A DNA stretch of 64,000 bases from Candidatus Poribacteria bacterium (GTDB lineage Bacteria > Poribacteria > WGA-4E > WGA-3G): positions 15,573 through 79,572 of the forward strand of contig JAJEAG010000090.1 of the NCBI GenBank assembly GCA_022824265.1, given 5' to 3'. The translations under genes were made by a program, and so were the position numbers. The notes under the pieces were generated by a model. The model was not told the origin of the DNA. It ran no database searches and was given only the letters and a program-made list of their open reading frames with translations. This document shows positions 28,687-39,598 of the stretch, piece after piece (positions within the stretch are counted from its first letter, which is position 1; every line of letters begins with the position of its first letter).

Positions 28687-29736
28687 ATGAGTATCAAACT
28701 CAAAGATATTTGTAAGCATTTAGGTGGAGACCTATCCGGTGATGGGGAAATTGACATTACCGGTGTTTCAGGTATCAATGAGGCGGAACCAAGCCAGATT
28801 ACCTTTGTTGCAAATGCTAAGTACCTTGGGGCAATTGCTACAACACAAGCATCAGCAATCATCATTGGTCGTGGTGTATCAGGCAACGGCAAACCAACTA
28901 TATGTGTTGACGACCCATATTGGGGATTCGTACAGACACTGGAATTGTTCTCTTGGGATTCAGACAAACAAACAGAATCTGGAATACATAAAACTGCCAT
29001 TATCGGAGAAAATGTTACACTTGGAAAAGGTGTAACAGTCCAAGCAAACAGTGTAATTTGTGACAATGTGGAGATTGGTGATAATACCGTTATCATGCCA
29101 CTTGTTTATGTGGGAGATGGTAGCAAAATTGGAAGTGACGGTTTAATCTATGCTAATGTAAGTATTCGTGAAAACGTCACTATTGGAAATAGAGTCATTA
29201 TACACTGTGGGGCTGTGATTGGTAGTGATGGTTTCGGATTCACACCTGAACCTAAGAACCAGAGACCCTATAAAATCCCTCAAATTGGAACAGTCGTAAT
29301 TGAAGACGATGTCGAAATCGGAGCAAATACCACTATAGATAGGGCAACTCTTTCTGAAACGATTATCAAGAGCGGAACGAAACTTGATAACTTGGTACAG
29401 ATTGCACACAATGTAGTTATAGGACAAGACTGCTGCCTTGCAGCACAATCAGGTATAGCGGGTAGTACCATTATAGGTGACCGTGTTAACATTGCAGGAC
29501 AATCTGGTGTGGTCGGACATCTGAAACTCGGTGAAAATAGTGTCATTTACGCCAAAACTGCTGTTACAAAGGATATGCCTTCCGGAAGTCATCTCTCTGG
29601 TATTCCTGCCCAAACCCATAAACAGGAGTTACGTACTCAAGCCGCTACCCGAAAGTTACCCGATCTGATGCAAGAGTTTTCACAACTCCAAAAACGTGTT
29701 GAAGAACTGGAAACTAAACTTAACGATTCTGAATAA
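28687..29736 (+). CDS. lpxD: UDP-3-O-(3-hydroxyacyl)glucosamine N-acyltransferase
   Basis: Hexapeptide repeats; [22 protein letters not shown] and [12 protein letters not shown]. Confidence 0.95.
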   Translation: MSIKLKDICKHLGGDLSGDGEIDITGVSGINEAEPSQITFVANAKYLGAIATTQASAIIIGRGVSGNGKPTICVDDPYWGFVQTLELFSWDSDKQTESGIHKTAIIGENVTLGKGVTVQANSVICDNVEIGDNTVIMPLVYVGDGSKIGSDGLIYANVSIRENVTIGNRVIIHCGAVIGSDGFGFTPEPKNQRPYKIPQIGTVVIEDDVEIGANTTIDRATLSETIIKSGTKLDNLVQIAHNVVIGQDCCLAAQSGIAGSTIIGDRVNIAGQSGVVGHLKLGENSVIYAKTAVTKDMPSGSHLSGIPAQTHKQELRTQAATRKLPDLMQEFSQLQKRVEELETKLNDSE

Positions 29737-29831
29737 TAATCTTAGTTAAAATCACATCAATATTATCCTCTCCAACATAAACCACACCATTCTCTCCAAG
29801 AATATCTAATGATTAAATTATCGGGATCATA

Positions 29832-30698
29832 ATGAAAACGCTATTGGCGTACGTTGAACTTGCACGACCACTTAATGGGATAATCGCTTTCATCTCAGCA
29901 TGGTTAGGTGGAATTTTCGCTGGTGGACATAAATTAGACACTATAACCAACATAAAGTTGTTTTATGTGAGTATTGCTGCCTTGCTACTACTTTCTGCTG
30001 GAAATGCGATCAACGATTATTGCGATTTCAACATTGACCTGATCAATAAACCTAAACGACCACTCCCATCTAAACGCATTAAGAAATTCCACGCACTAAT
30101 ATTCTCTATTATACTAATGGTAATTGGTATTGGACTCGGTGTGTTAATTAATATTTACGCTGTTGGAATTGCAATACTCGTATGCTGTATGCTTGTTAGT
30201 TACGCAGTTTGGTTAAAACGCACTCCATTTTTTGGAAATATAGTCGTTAGTAGTTTGACAAGTATAACATTTATTTCTGGAGGGGTCGCAATCGGACTTG
30301 TACACGGAACTATCATCCCCGCAATATTTGCCTTTCTCTTCACAACTGCAAGAGAAATTGTAAAAGATATTGAGGATACTGAAGGTGATAAAAGGAATAA
30401 TCTTAACACACTGGCAATTCTCAACCCAAAGCTTGCAGTTGTTGTAACGTTGGTGTTCATGGGATCTGTTATTATATTCAGTCCTTTACCGTATATAATC
30501 GGATGGTATACGTGGCACTATTTGGTAGCCATCGTATTAGGGGTAGATATTGTGCTAATCGTCTTAGGGATTCGTCTATGGAAGGATGCATCTAAAGACA
30601 GCTGCACATGTGTCCAACGTTGGATGAAATGGGATATATTTGTCGGGTTGGTAGCAATATACATTGGAACAATTTTCAACGCAAATGGGGGATGGTGA
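29832..30698 (+). CDS. UbiA-family prenyltransferase resembling digeranylgeranylglyceryl-phosphate (DGGGP) synthase
   Basis: LARPLN, GNAINDYCD..ID.INKP.RPLPS, LKRTPFFGN and AREIVKDIEDTEGD. Confidence 0.8.
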   Translation: MKTLLAYVELARPLNGIIAFISAWLGGIFAGGHKLDTITNIKLFYVSIAALLLLSAGNAINDYCDFNIDLINKPKRPLPSKRIKKFHALIFSIILMVIGIGLGVLINIYAVGIAILVCCMLVSYAVWLKRTPFFGNIVVSSLTSITFISGGVAIGLVHGTIIPAIFAFLFTTAREIVKDIEDTEGDKRNNLNTLAILNPKLAVVVTLVFMGSVIIFSPLPYIIGWYTWHYLVAIVLGVDIVLIVLGIRLWKDASKDSCTCVQRWMKWDIFVGLVAIYIGTIFNANGGW

Positions 30699-31957
30699 AT
30701 TACCTCACCAGAACAATGTCTTTGATAAACTACGATGAGTTAATTGCATTTATTGAATATCAGAATATACATTCTGGTGAAATAGATAAGTTTCGGCAAG
30801 CTTATGAAAACTATATAAAGACTGGAAAGTGGCAACCTGAGTATAAAGTCATAACATCTGGCACGTTAGACCTTGAAGGTGCAATGATAATGACACCAGA
30901 TAACATAGAAGACGCGGACTATCAGGTTTATCTAATCGCTACAAATGAACGGAGTTTATGGAAACTATTACTTGCATTTCCAAGGAAAGCCGTTGGCTTG
31001 TTTAGTCCAACGGGTAATATAATAGAAGAAAGAGTCCAAGCAATATTTGAAGGAGAATTTATTCTAACAAAATACGGAAAATATTATCGTGGGATCAAAC
31101 GTGGGAGTAAAGCAAAAGCAGAGCATCGAATTATATCAAAAAGAAAGGATAACATTGCAGCACAATTTCGAAAATTAACCTCGCTAAAAGGTAAAATTGA
31201 CAATGCACAATATGTTTTGGAAGGGGAGATGTTGGTAGAAAGGGCATTTTCAGATGGATTACCAATTGAAGCGATCCTGTATACAACAAATTATATATCA
31301 ACACTTGATAGAAAGAACTTCCTAAACCAAGCAGTTAACGAAAATCTATCTTGCTATCAGGTGAACGACGGATTGATGGGTTCTATCACATCGACTCGAC
31401 CAGTACCTTCAATCCTTGCCTCTGTGCATCTCACTTATCCTCCCTTGCTAACTGATTCTGGACACCTAAACCTACATTTTAGTAAAAACTGTAGCCTATT
31501 AATTGCGGAAAATGTAAGTAACCCTGATAATCTCGGTATGACACTACGCACTGCAGACGCTGCAGGTGTATCTGCTGTCTTAATATGTGGTGAAGGAGCA
31601 AGTCCTATCCACAAAAACTGTATACGCGCATCACGCGGTGCGGTCGGACGTATCCCGATATTCTATGCTACAGACACCATCCATTCAATTGACAAGCTAA
31701 AACAAGTTGGATGGAATATTATAGGGGCAACAGCAAGTGCAGAGATTGAACTCTACGATATGCAATTTCCATCTCCTACTGCAATAGTTGTTGGTAATGA
31801 GAATATAGGATTGTCTGAGGAAATACGACTACAATGCACTGAATTAGTCCGAATCCCAATGGCAGCTGGACAATCGTCCTTAAATGTTGGTGTTGCAGCT
31901 GGCGTATTATTATTCGAACTAAATAGACAGAAAATGATTAACGGAATAACTTCATAA
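30608..31957 (+). CDS. TrmH/SpoU family RNA methyltransferase with a long N-terminal extension (likely start near 30692-30716)
   Basis: ENVSNPDNLG.TLRTADAAG, VVGNENIGL and IPM....SLNVGVAAG (SPOUT motifs). Confidence 0.85.
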   Translation: MCPTLDEMGYICRVGSNIHWNNFQRKWGMVNYLTRTMSLINYDELIAFIEYQNIHSGEIDKFRQAYENYIKTGKWQPEYKVITSGTLDLEGAMIMTPDNIEDADYQVYLIATNERSLWKLLLAFPRKAVGLFSPTGNIIEERVQAIFEGEFILTKYGKYYRGIKRGSKAKAEHRIISKRKDNIAAQFRKLTSLKGKIDNAQYVLEGEMLVERAFSDGLPIEAILYTTNYISTLDRKNFLNQAVNENLSCYQVNDGLMGSITSTRPVPSILASVHLTYPPLLTDSGHLNLHFSKNCSLLIAENVSNPDNLGMTLRTADAAGVSAVLICGEGASPIHKNCIRASRGAVGRIPIFYATDTIHSIDKLKQVGWNIIGATASAEIELYDMQFPSPTAIVVGNENIGLSEEIRLQCTELVRIPMAAGQSSLNVGVAAGVLLFELNRQKMINGITS

Positions 31958-32038
31958 TCACGGTAACCTTTTAAGGAGAAATATTTGAAGGTAATTTGAA
32001 AGCAAATGACATCGGGATCCAATGCAAAACATGAACAT

Positions 32039-32064
32039 GTAGGTCGGAGCGAGCGTAGCGACAT
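32039..32064 (+). repeat. GTAG-type REP-like element, family B
   Basis: GTAGGTCGGAGCGAGCGTAGCGACAT, homologous to 3667-3699. Confidence 0.6.
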
Positions 32065-32139
32065 TTAATATAAACGCTTAGTAACACGCATCAACTTAGA
32101 AATCTTAAACTAAATATCACTGACTAAAAAATACTATCA

Positions 32140-32168
32140 TTGAAATTTCATAATAGAAATGATATAAT
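32140..32168 (+). promoter_or_regulatory. Sigma70-type promoter
   Basis: TTGAAA-N17-TATAAT with an extended TG; GGAGG RBS before ATG 32227. Confidence 0.6.
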
Positions 32169-32226
32169 GAGTATAACAATTCTGCGAACATAAAATCATA
32201 TAGAATAAACATATTGGAGGTGAATC

Positions 32227-34428
32227 ATGAATCGTTTTGAAAAGAAACAACGATCCCTAAATGCCTGCTTGATTGCAGGAATATTACATGTTTGTTTCGC
32301 TATCCTATTGACATTATTCTACTACACACATCTAAGTTATGAAATTCATGATGTAGTGGACATGGAATTTATTGATATGGATAAAAATGTAAAACAACGC
32401 ATATTAAAAAGACCTCCAAAGAAACCTCTAACACAAAAACAGACCAAAGAGTTTTCTGAATTCCGTCCAAAATTTGCTGACCTATCTGCATCATCAAATC
32501 TGATTGATGAAACCGTTAAACCATCTGACGAAATACTCATGCATAATGCAACAGAAACGGTTTCTCCAACTGCAACCGAACTCCCTGATGTTACAACACA
32601 AGCAAGACTCCTAAATAGCAATGCTACATCAATCGCTAAATCAGTGCAAAGTCCATTCGAGATAACTTCTGGAAAAGGAGTGGAAAGCCTTCGGCAACGG
32701 GTAAAAGGTAACGGTGATGGTGGATTTCACAGGCTTGAATCTAAGGGAACAGCAGATATCGGTTCCATTGGTGAAGGGTTAGGAGATGGAAATAGTGATG
32801 GTGATGGAAACGGAAACGGTGGTACTAATCCTTTTGGTGAAGCACTAAAACAGATCGCAGACCATATTATTAGTACACGCGAACTTGATAAAGTCAACGT
32901 GGTTTTTGTACTTGATACGAGTCAAAGTATGCAGGATAACATACAACAGGTCGCAGACAATCTGTTTACAATGACTGATGCATTCGATCTTGTCAATCTG
33001 GAATACCACTTAGGTATGACTGAATTTAGTGTTCGACGCGAGGGACAAGAAATAAGAACACGTGCTCTTTTGCCAGATGTTAGCACACTACGTAGACGAA
33101 TGAAAAATGTCAAATTGAGTGGAGATGAGAACGCACTTGATGCACTTTTACAGACATTTGACTTAATCGAATTTCACGCAGACGCAGATAGACATTTAAT
33201 ACTCGTTACTGATGAACAAGCAACAACAAGCATGAGACAAGAAGATGCCAAAAAGACGATGCAAACGAAGGTAATTGATCGGGCACAATTTGAGGAAGTA
33301 AGGGTTAATGTCCTTGGATTCCCCGAACCCTTTCAACAAACCTTAGCGGAAACGACCGGTGGAACTTGGCAGGAAATACCCGGCAGTGTCCGAAGTGCTA
33401 CTGCACTACCCAGTAATCGAGTTGGAAACCAAAAGTTCCTAAAAGTATTTAGAGAAATTGCTGTAGATATACGCAAAAGTGGTGGAAAATCACTGTTCAG
33501 TCTTCATACAAAGTTCACTACGATCTTTTTAGATGGAATGTTTAATATTGAAAAATTAAAACAGGAATTATTTAACAATGGGATTGTATTGAAAGATCAT
33601 ATCATACAATCTGAAAATGCCGAAATACTGCAAAATGTTGATAGTGATCTATGGATTATAATTGACCATGCAAACGGACTACTCTATGCGATACGCCGTG
33701 AAAAGAATAAAATTACAGTTTATGAAGCCAATTATCCTGAACATTGGAATATTGGAGAGGATCTTATCGCTCGAAAGCAACAAAGTGGCACAAGGTGGGT
33801 ACTCTATGACCAACCGAATCGACAAAATTATACCTTCATCAAAGACAAAGATCTTCTCGCTGTCCACATAGGAGGACAGCCTGGAACCGCTTCCAACGCT
33901 TCATCAGAACCCGTCGTCGACATTGTTGTAATGTTAGACTACAGTCGGAGCATGGGTGGGAAATCGCAGGCAATTATGCTCGGATTAAGCACACTTATCG
34001 GAAGGTTGTCTATTTTTCCCTTAAAATACCGCGTAGGATTAATCCGTTTCGCAGAAGCAAAAGATGCTATTAAAGCAGTTGATGGTGAAATTGTCAGCCA
34101 AATGCCACTCAACGAGGTTGTTATCGAACAACTGTTGGCTGATCCATTTGGTGGAGATGAACATCTGACAAACGCAATCGTGGATGGGTTACCAAAAATG
34201 AGATTTAGTCCTTACGCTAAGCGATTCCTACTCATTCTGACCGATGAACCTACAAAAGGAAAATACACCGCTGAACAAGCACTAAATCTATGCAGATCCT
34301 ACGGAATAAAGGTATATGTAATAGGGCACCCAAATCCTGACGATTTACAAACAAAACTTGCAAATGAAACTAAGGGACTGTTCTATACAATGCCTAATCA
34401 TTTAGAGAAAGACTATCCTAACCAATAA
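32227..34428 (+). CDS. Membrane-anchored protein with two vWA domains
   Basis: N-terminal TM containing LH, a Gly-rich linker, and two MIDAS motifs (VLDTSQSM...VTDE and MLDYSRSM...LTDE). Confidence 0.8.
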   Translation: MNRFEKKQRSLNACLIAGILHVCFAILLTLFYYTHLSYEIHDVVDMEFIDMDKNVKQRILKRPPKKPLTQKQTKEFSEFRPKFADLSASSNLIDETVKPSDEILMHNATETVSPTATELPDVTTQARLLNSNATSIAKSVQSPFEITSGKGVESLRQRVKGNGDGGFHRLESKGTADIGSIGEGLGDGNSDGDGNGNGGTNPFGEALKQIADHIISTRELDKVNVVFVLDTSQSMQDNIQQVADNLFTMTDAFDLVNLEYHLGMTEFSVRREGQEIRTRALLPDVSTLRRRMKNVKLSGDENALDALLQTFDLIEFHADADRHLILVTDEQATTSMRQEDAKKTMQTKVIDRAQFEEVRVNVLGFPEPFQQTLAETTGGTWQEIPGSVRSATALPSNRVGNQKFLKVFREIAVDIRKSGGKSLFSLHTKFTTIFLDGMFNIEKLKQELFNNGIVLKDHIIQSENAEILQNVDSDLWIIIDHANGLLYAIRREKNKITVYEANYPEHWNIGEDLIARKQQSGTRWVLYDQPNRQNYTFIKDKDLLAVHIGGQPGTASNASSEPVVDIVVMLDYSRSMGGKSQAIMLGLSTLIGRLSIFPLKYRVGLIRFAEAKDAIKAVDGEIVSQMPLNEVVIEQLLADPFGGDEHLTNAIVDGLPKMRFSPYAKRFLLILTDEPTKGKYTAEQALNLCRSYGIKVYVIGHPNPDDLQTKLANETKGLFYTMPNHLEKDYPNQ

Positions 34429-34454
34429 ATTGTAGAGAAAGGGTTTTTATATTA

Positions 34455-34973
34455 ATGTCGACTTCAACAAGTACACAGCAACACAGAGAGATTGCAGCCG
34501 AACAAGGACCTGTTTCGGTTGCAATAGTAACAGTAAGCGATTCACGCACGCCAGAAACAGACACTAACGCAGTATTTCTACGCGAACAACTTGAGTCCGA
34601 AGGAAACGGTGTAGTCGCATATCAGATAATCAAAGATGAACCTGACCAAGTATCTGATGTATTGGACAAAATGGCTGAGACCAATGCACAGGTGATTATT
34701 TTTAACGGTGGCACCGGTATTGCCCCGCGAGACACTACTTTTGATGTTCTCAATCGCAAATTAGAAAAGACATTACCTGGGTTTGGTGAACTCTTCAGAA
34801 TGTTCAGTTATGACCAAGTAGGTGCTGCAGCAATGTTATCACGCGCAACAGCAGGTGTCTATAGAGGAAAGGTTGTTATCTCAACACCTGGATCAAATGC
34901 AGCTGTTCGGTTAGCATGGGAAAAACTAATTGGTCCTGAACTTGAACATTTGGCTTGGGAAGTTGGACGTTGA
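34455..34973 (+). CDS. moaB: Molybdopterin adenylyltransferase-like MoaB/Mog protein
   Basis: [27 protein letters not shown] and AMLSRATAG. Confidence 0.88.
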   Translation: MSTSTSTQQHREIAAEQGPVSVAIVTVSDSRTPETDTNAVFLREQLESEGNGVVAYQIIKDEPDQVSDVLDKMAETNAQVIIFNGGTGIAPRDTTFDVLNRKLEKTLPGFGELFRMFSYDQVGAAAMLSRATAGVYRGKVVISTPGSNAAVRLAWEKLIGPELEHLAWEVGR

Positions 34974-34981
34974 TATATGCA

Positions 34982-35875
34982 CTACAGAATCTCACGGGTA
35001 AAGGTATACAAACCCCTTAACCAAGACCCATAATAGATGCCATTCGCATAACAGAAATATAGCACTTTCAATGCAACAACACATATCAAGCAAAGGGACA
35101 GTACCGCAATCAAACCATAGTCTAACCTACCCATCTGTGATGACCGCAGAGATGTCCTTTGCATCGAAGTCTCTGGAGAGAATCCTCTACTCTCCACCGA
35201 TTCTCCGAGGTTTGTCGCATGTCGTATATTTCCTGCTAAGATAGGACGAAAACTATTGATGACACCCCGCACAGATGCAAACAGATTGAACCGTAGATAA
35301 CGAAACCCTCTTAATCTCTGTGAACGTATTACAGCAGCAGCTTCAGAGGCAATCACGGGTATAAAGTGTAAAGCAGTTGTCACCATAAATGCAAGTGCAC
35401 CCGGCACACGCAATTGTGACAAAGCAAGAAGTAGGTCGCGCGGTTGTGTGCTCCACACAATATAACAACCGATAACAAGCGTAGAATTGAACCTTAATGA
35501 TTGAATAATCCCGTGAAACAACCCCTCACGATACACATGAATACCACCTGTCCACTTACCGATGAGAGGAAAATCTATAGGGACGAGTGTAATCAATACC
35601 GTGCGAGGAAATGCATTATAGAATATGCCTTGACTGTAAATGAGTCCCCAAGTGGTAAAGAAAAGGAAGATCAACAGTAATCGAATTTGCTTTAGAGTAG
35701 GTATAGATGAGGCAACGAGTAGGAGGCTTGCCAGAAAACAGACTAACAACGCAGATGGACTGTCCAGCAAAATAACAAGACAGCCGATTATCATCATGAT
35801 GAGTATTTTAGTTCTGGATTCCAGTTTAGATTTACATATAAACATTTTGATTATACACTTTTTTAGAAGATCCAA
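34982..35875 (-). CDS. ECF transporter transmembrane T component (likely start ATG 35845)
   Basis: Coupling-helix motifs SQRLRG and VESRGF; downstream of a fused ECF ATPase. Confidence 0.85.
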   Translation of the reverse strand: MDLLKKCIIKMFICKSKLESRTKILIMMIIGCLVILLDSPSALLVCFLASLLLVASSIPTLKQIRLLLIFLFFTTWGLIYSQGIFYNAFPRTVLITLVPIDFPLIGKWTGGIHVYREGLFHGIIQSLRFNSTLVIGCYIVWSTQPRDLLLALSQLRVPGALAFMVTTALHFIPVIASEAAAVIRSQRLRGFRYLRFNLFASVRGVINSFRPILAGNIRHATNLGESVESRGFSPETSMQRTSLRSSQMGRLDYGLIAVLSLCLICVVALKVLYFCYANGIYYGSWLRGLYTFTREIL

Positions 35876-35890
35876 GAAACGTTCAATATC

Positions 35891-37411
35891 CTAAAACGTC
35901 AACGAACACTTTTCGATTAGTTCCTGATCATTAAATGCAGTAATAGGTGATCCATCATAAATTAATTTTCCTTCATGCATCAATAGGACGCGATCCGCAT
36001 ATTTCTGGGTGAGTTCAATGTTATGCGTGGCAAACATAAGGGTTTTATTCTGTTGTCGGATCTGATTACAGAGTCTGTCCATTATACTTTGTAAGTGTCG
36101 AGCATCTTGACCAGATGTCGGTTCATCAAGTAAGAATATATCGGGATGTAGTGAAAAAGTTGACGCAACTGCAACGCGTTGCCGTTGACCGCGAGAAAGA
36201 GAATACGGTGCTTCTTCCGCAAAATCAGACAACCTAAACTGAGTCAACATGTCATTGACTAAGGCATTCAGTTTGTCAGATTTTACCTTAAGATTCTTGG
36301 GACCAAATTTCACCTCACTCCTTACTGTCTCAGCTTGCAACAATAGGTCGGGATTCTGGAATACTATTCCTACTTTGCCAGCAAATTTGCGAAGTTTTAT
36401 TCGTTGCGTTGTCTTTCCATCAACGTTGACTTCACCGGCTGTAGGTCTCAGCAAACCGCATATCAGATGGAGTAAAGTTGTTTTACCTGAACCATTTTCT
36501 CCCATTACAGCAACGACTTCTCCACGTGACACCTTTAAAGAAACATCACTGACAGCATCCATATCACTGTTTGGATATTGAAAATGTAGGTTTTGGACAT
36601 CAAGTATAGTCCCATTAGAATGCTGTAATGAAGTGCGTTTTGTGAACATCGGTGTGGTAGTATCTGTTGAATCTGGCATCTCAACACCTAAGTTATGGAA
36701 AATTGTATCGTCTTGAAACGCTTCATTTTTTGGTAAGTCTAAGCGTAAATTTCCCTCATGCATCAACCACACACGGTTACATAGATGTTGTACCTGTTTG
36801 ACTCGGTGTGTTGCTAATACAATAGTAATTCCGAGATCAGTATTCAATTGTTTGACAATGTTGAGAATATCTCTTGTCGCGCGTGGATCCAGATGACTTG
36901 TAGGTTCATCAAGCAGTAAAACCTGTGGTTGCATTGCACAGATTGATGCAAGTGCTACACGTTGTTTCTCTCCTCCAGAGAGTTCTGCAATACGTCTATT
37001 TTCAAACCCACTCAGACCTACCTGTTCTAAGGCTGTAGTTATCCGTTGTCTGATTTTATCAGGTGGAATACCAAGATTCTCGAGTCCAAATGCGATTTCA
37101 TCTTCTACCAGTGTACAAAACAATTGATCATCAGGATTTTGAAAGAGAAGGGACACTTGTTGACATGTTGTTGCGAGGGGTTGCGTGGAAACGTCAGAAT
37201 TGTTAATACAGACAGTTCCAATGAGTGTTCCACCAGAGGAATGAGGAATCAGTCCGTTTATGGTGCGGAGAAATGTAGATTTACCACATCCTGTTGGACC
37301 TGTTAGCAGCACAAAGTCACTTGGTAAGATCTGAGTATTGATGCCATCAAGTGTTGGTGTTTCACGGCTTGGATAAGTATAGGAGAGATCTTCAATCTGA
37401 ATTGGAACCAT
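35891..37411 (-). CDS. ECF transporter fused double ATPase
   Basis: Two ABC domains (GPTGCGKST/FQNPDDQ/LSGGEKQR and GENGSGKTT/FQNPD/LSRGQRQR). Confidence 0.9.
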   Translation of the reverse strand: MVPIQIEDLSYTYPSRETPTLDGINTQILPSDFVLLTGPTGCGKSTFLRTINGLIPHSSGGTLIGTVCINNSDVSTQPLATTCQQVSLLFQNPDDQLFCTLVEDEIAFGLENLGIPPDKIRQRITTALEQVGLSGFENRRIAELSGGEKQRVALASICAMQPQVLLLDEPTSHLDPRATRDILNIVKQLNTDLGITIVLATHRVKQVQHLCNRVWLMHEGNLRLDLPKNEAFQDDTIFHNLGVEMPDSTDTTTPMFTKRTSLQHSNGTILDVQNLHFQYPNSDMDAVSDVSLKVSRGEVVAVMGENGSGKTTLLHLICGLLRPTAGEVNVDGKTTQRIKLRKFAGKVGIVFQNPDLLLQAETVRSEVKFGPKNLKVKSDKLNALVNDMLTQFRLSDFAEEAPYSLSRGQRQRVAVASTFSLHPDIFLLDEPTSGQDARHLQSIMDRLCNQIRQQNKTLMFATHNIELTQKYADRVLLMHEGKLIYDGSPITAFNDQELIEKCSLTF

Positions 37412-37433
37412 GATAACATAGAAATGTCAAATG

Positions 37434-39467
37434 TTAGGTTTGCAATTCTTCAATCTGAAATGGTATGGAACCGAAACGTTGCTCTAAATAATTGGATATG
37501 GATTCCGTGAAAGCATCAAAGGTTTCCTGAAGGTTCTGTTTGAAATCAGCATGGAGTTGTGTTTGTTGTGTGCGGACACGGGTTAAGAGATTGCTAACAT
37601 ACGCTTGTAACTCGCCAATTCGTTCACTTTGTGCTTTTGCAAATGCAGCAACCGCTTCTTTAAATGCCGTCAATTCTGCCTCTAAATATTCGGTAAACAA
37701 GGAATCATGAAAATTGGCAAGTGCGTTATGTGCTGCATATTGAAAATCTATATGTATAGTTTCGTATTCTTTCTTAACTCTTGTGCTAAGTTGTAATGCA
37801 TATTTCTGCAATTCCTGTATCCTATCACCTTGAGAATTAACATATTGTGCAATTTTTGTTTTGTAGGACTCCAATTCGCCACTCAGAAACGTTCTAAAAT
37901 CTTCTACTGCAACTGTATGACGTGTCATTTTTTCCAGATGGTAACCCATGACTGCTAATTTTACAGCTTCAGGAAACATTTTTCTATCAAGTTTTATTGT
38001 TCGAGCTAAAAATTTTGCATATTCTATTCCCTGTCTGGAGAAGAGTTGTCGCTTGATTGATATCAAAAATGCACGTACTTCTTCTTTCTTTATAGGTCTA
38101 ACATTATGTGGAGTACGTGGCATGTGTTTGAGTAAAGTATAACAGCGATCAAAGTAGTTCCTCAAAGTGGGGTCATAAAGTGTTGAAATAACACGTCGGT
38201 ATTCTTGGATAAGTTGCTCACGCGGCATTTCAGGGATAAAATTCAAACTCATATCTGTATTGTTACCACTGGACTCTACAAGTAATCTGTCTTCTATTTT
38301 CAGTCTGTGCCACAGATCGGTTTCTTTCAACGCTGTGAGTAAGCCAGCCATAGCCATTGGGATGCCAGCATTCTGAATAAAATTAATGTGAGAGTCAAAT
38401 TCTGTGTCCCCATCAAGACCTATAATAAATCCTCCAGTCACCTCCAAACCTGAATTCTGTATTTTTCTAATAGCGTTTAACAGGTAACTTCCCGCTTCCT
38501 CTTCTTTACTTGTGTTTTGTCCTTTAGAAGTTGTGATCAATGCTTCTTCATTTGGTGTTTCAATTCCAAGGAAAACCATATTAAATCCTGCAGCTGTCAT
38601 TGCGTCAAGCATCTCTGGTATTTCAACAAGATTCACACTCGCTTCGGTATAAAGTGTAAATGGGAAGTCGCGTTCCTTTTGCCATTCCTGAACTGCTGGC
38701 AGTAACCGCATTGCATCACGTTTGTTACCAATAAAATTGTCATCAACAACGAACATAGCCCCTCTCCAACCAAGTTTATACAGTAATTCAAACTCATTGA
38801 GCATTTGTTCATTGCTTTTTGTGCGTGGTACTCGACCAAACAACTTGGTAATGTCACAAAATTCACAGTTGAATGGACATCCACGAGAGAATTGGAGTGC
38901 CATTGAACCATAAGCGTTTATATCAATAAGGTCGTATCGGGGTGGAGGAGTCTTTGTTATATCTGGTTTTCTTGTTTCCTTGTAAACTTCATCAGCAGAA
39001 CCACTTTGAAAATCTGTCAAGAAATCTTCAAATATTTCCTCAACCTCTCCAAATAGAAAATGGTCAACTGTTCCATCACACTCTTCTTTGATATTGTCAT
39101 AGTAAGATGTAGGATGAGGACCACCAGCGATTATTGGCACATCTGCCCGGTTGCATCGTTCTACTACCTCATATAACGATTCCTTCTGTACAATCATTGT
39201 TGACGTGAGAACCATGTCTGCCCAATCGAGATGTTCATCAGTTAACGTGTCAATGTTCATATCAACGACTTGTAAGTTGTAATTATTAGGGAACATTCCG
39301 GCAATGGTCAACAAACCAAGGGGTGGCATTGAAGATTTTTTACCGAGGAATTCTAAGGCATATTTAAATCCCCAATAAGAAGGCGGGAATTTAGGATAGA
39401 CGAATAAGGCATTTGGCATAATATATACAATACTCCTAATGGGTAAATAAAACACCCATCTTGCCAA
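37434..39467 (-). CDS. B12-binding radical SAM protein (DUF4070 type) with a C-terminal tandem repeat (likely start ATG 39419)
   Basis: MPPLGLLT, AGGPHPT, SRGCPFNCEFC, VDDNFIGN, TEAS and FLGIET; GGAG RBS before ATG 39419. Confidence 0.88.
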   Translation of the reverse strand: MARWVFYLPIRSIVYIMPNALFVYPKFPPSYWGFKYALEFLGKKSSMPPLGLLTIAGMFPNNYNLQVVDMNIDTLTDEHLDWADMVLTSTMIVQKESLYEVVERCNRADVPIIAGGPHPTSYYDNIKEECDGTVDHFLFGEVEEIFEDFLTDFQSGSADEVYKETRKPDITKTPPPRYDLIDINAYGSMALQFSRGCPFNCEFCDITKLFGRVPRTKSNEQMLNEFELLYKLGWRGAMFVVDDNFIGNKRDAMRLLPAVQEWQKERDFPFTLYTEASVNLVEIPEMLDAMTAAGFNMVFLGIETPNEEALITTSKGQNTSKEEEAGSYLLNAIRKIQNSGLEVTGGFIIGLDGDTEFDSHINFIQNAGIPMAMAGLLTALKETDLWHRLKIEDRLLVESSGNNTDMSLNFIPEMPREQLIQEYRRVISTLYDPTLRNYFDRCYTLLKHMPRTPHNVRPIKKEEVRAFLISIKRQLFSRQGIEYAKFLARTIKLDRKMFPEAVKLAVMGYHLEKMTRHTVAVEDFRTFLSGELESYKTKIAQYVNSQGDRIQELQKYALQLSTRVKKEYETIHIDFQYAAHNALANFHDSLFTEYLEAELTAFKEAVAAFAKAQSERIGELQAYVSNLLTRVRTQQTQLHADFKQNLQETFDAFTESISNYLEQRFGSIPFQIEELQT

Positions 39468-39509
39468 TAGTTTTAGAAGAATAAAGTGATTAGTTATATT
39501 TCACTATGT

Positions 39510-39538
39510 ATGATACTACAATTTAGAGTTTATGTCAA
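39510..39538 (-). promoter_or_regulatory. Sigma70-type promoter for the radical SAM-ECF operon
   Basis: TTGACA-N17-TATCAT on the minus strand. Confidence 0.6.
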
Positions 39539-39569
39539 ATATTTCGTTTTGTCCTCATACTTAAGAAAT

Positions 39570-39598
39570 TTGACAAACCCGGTAATTCTGATTACAAT
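39570..39598 (+). promoter_or_regulatory. Sigma70-type promoter for the Cache lipoprotein, back-to-back with the previous one
   Basis: TTGACA-N17-TACAAT; AAGGAG RBS before TTG 39632. Confidence 0.6.
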
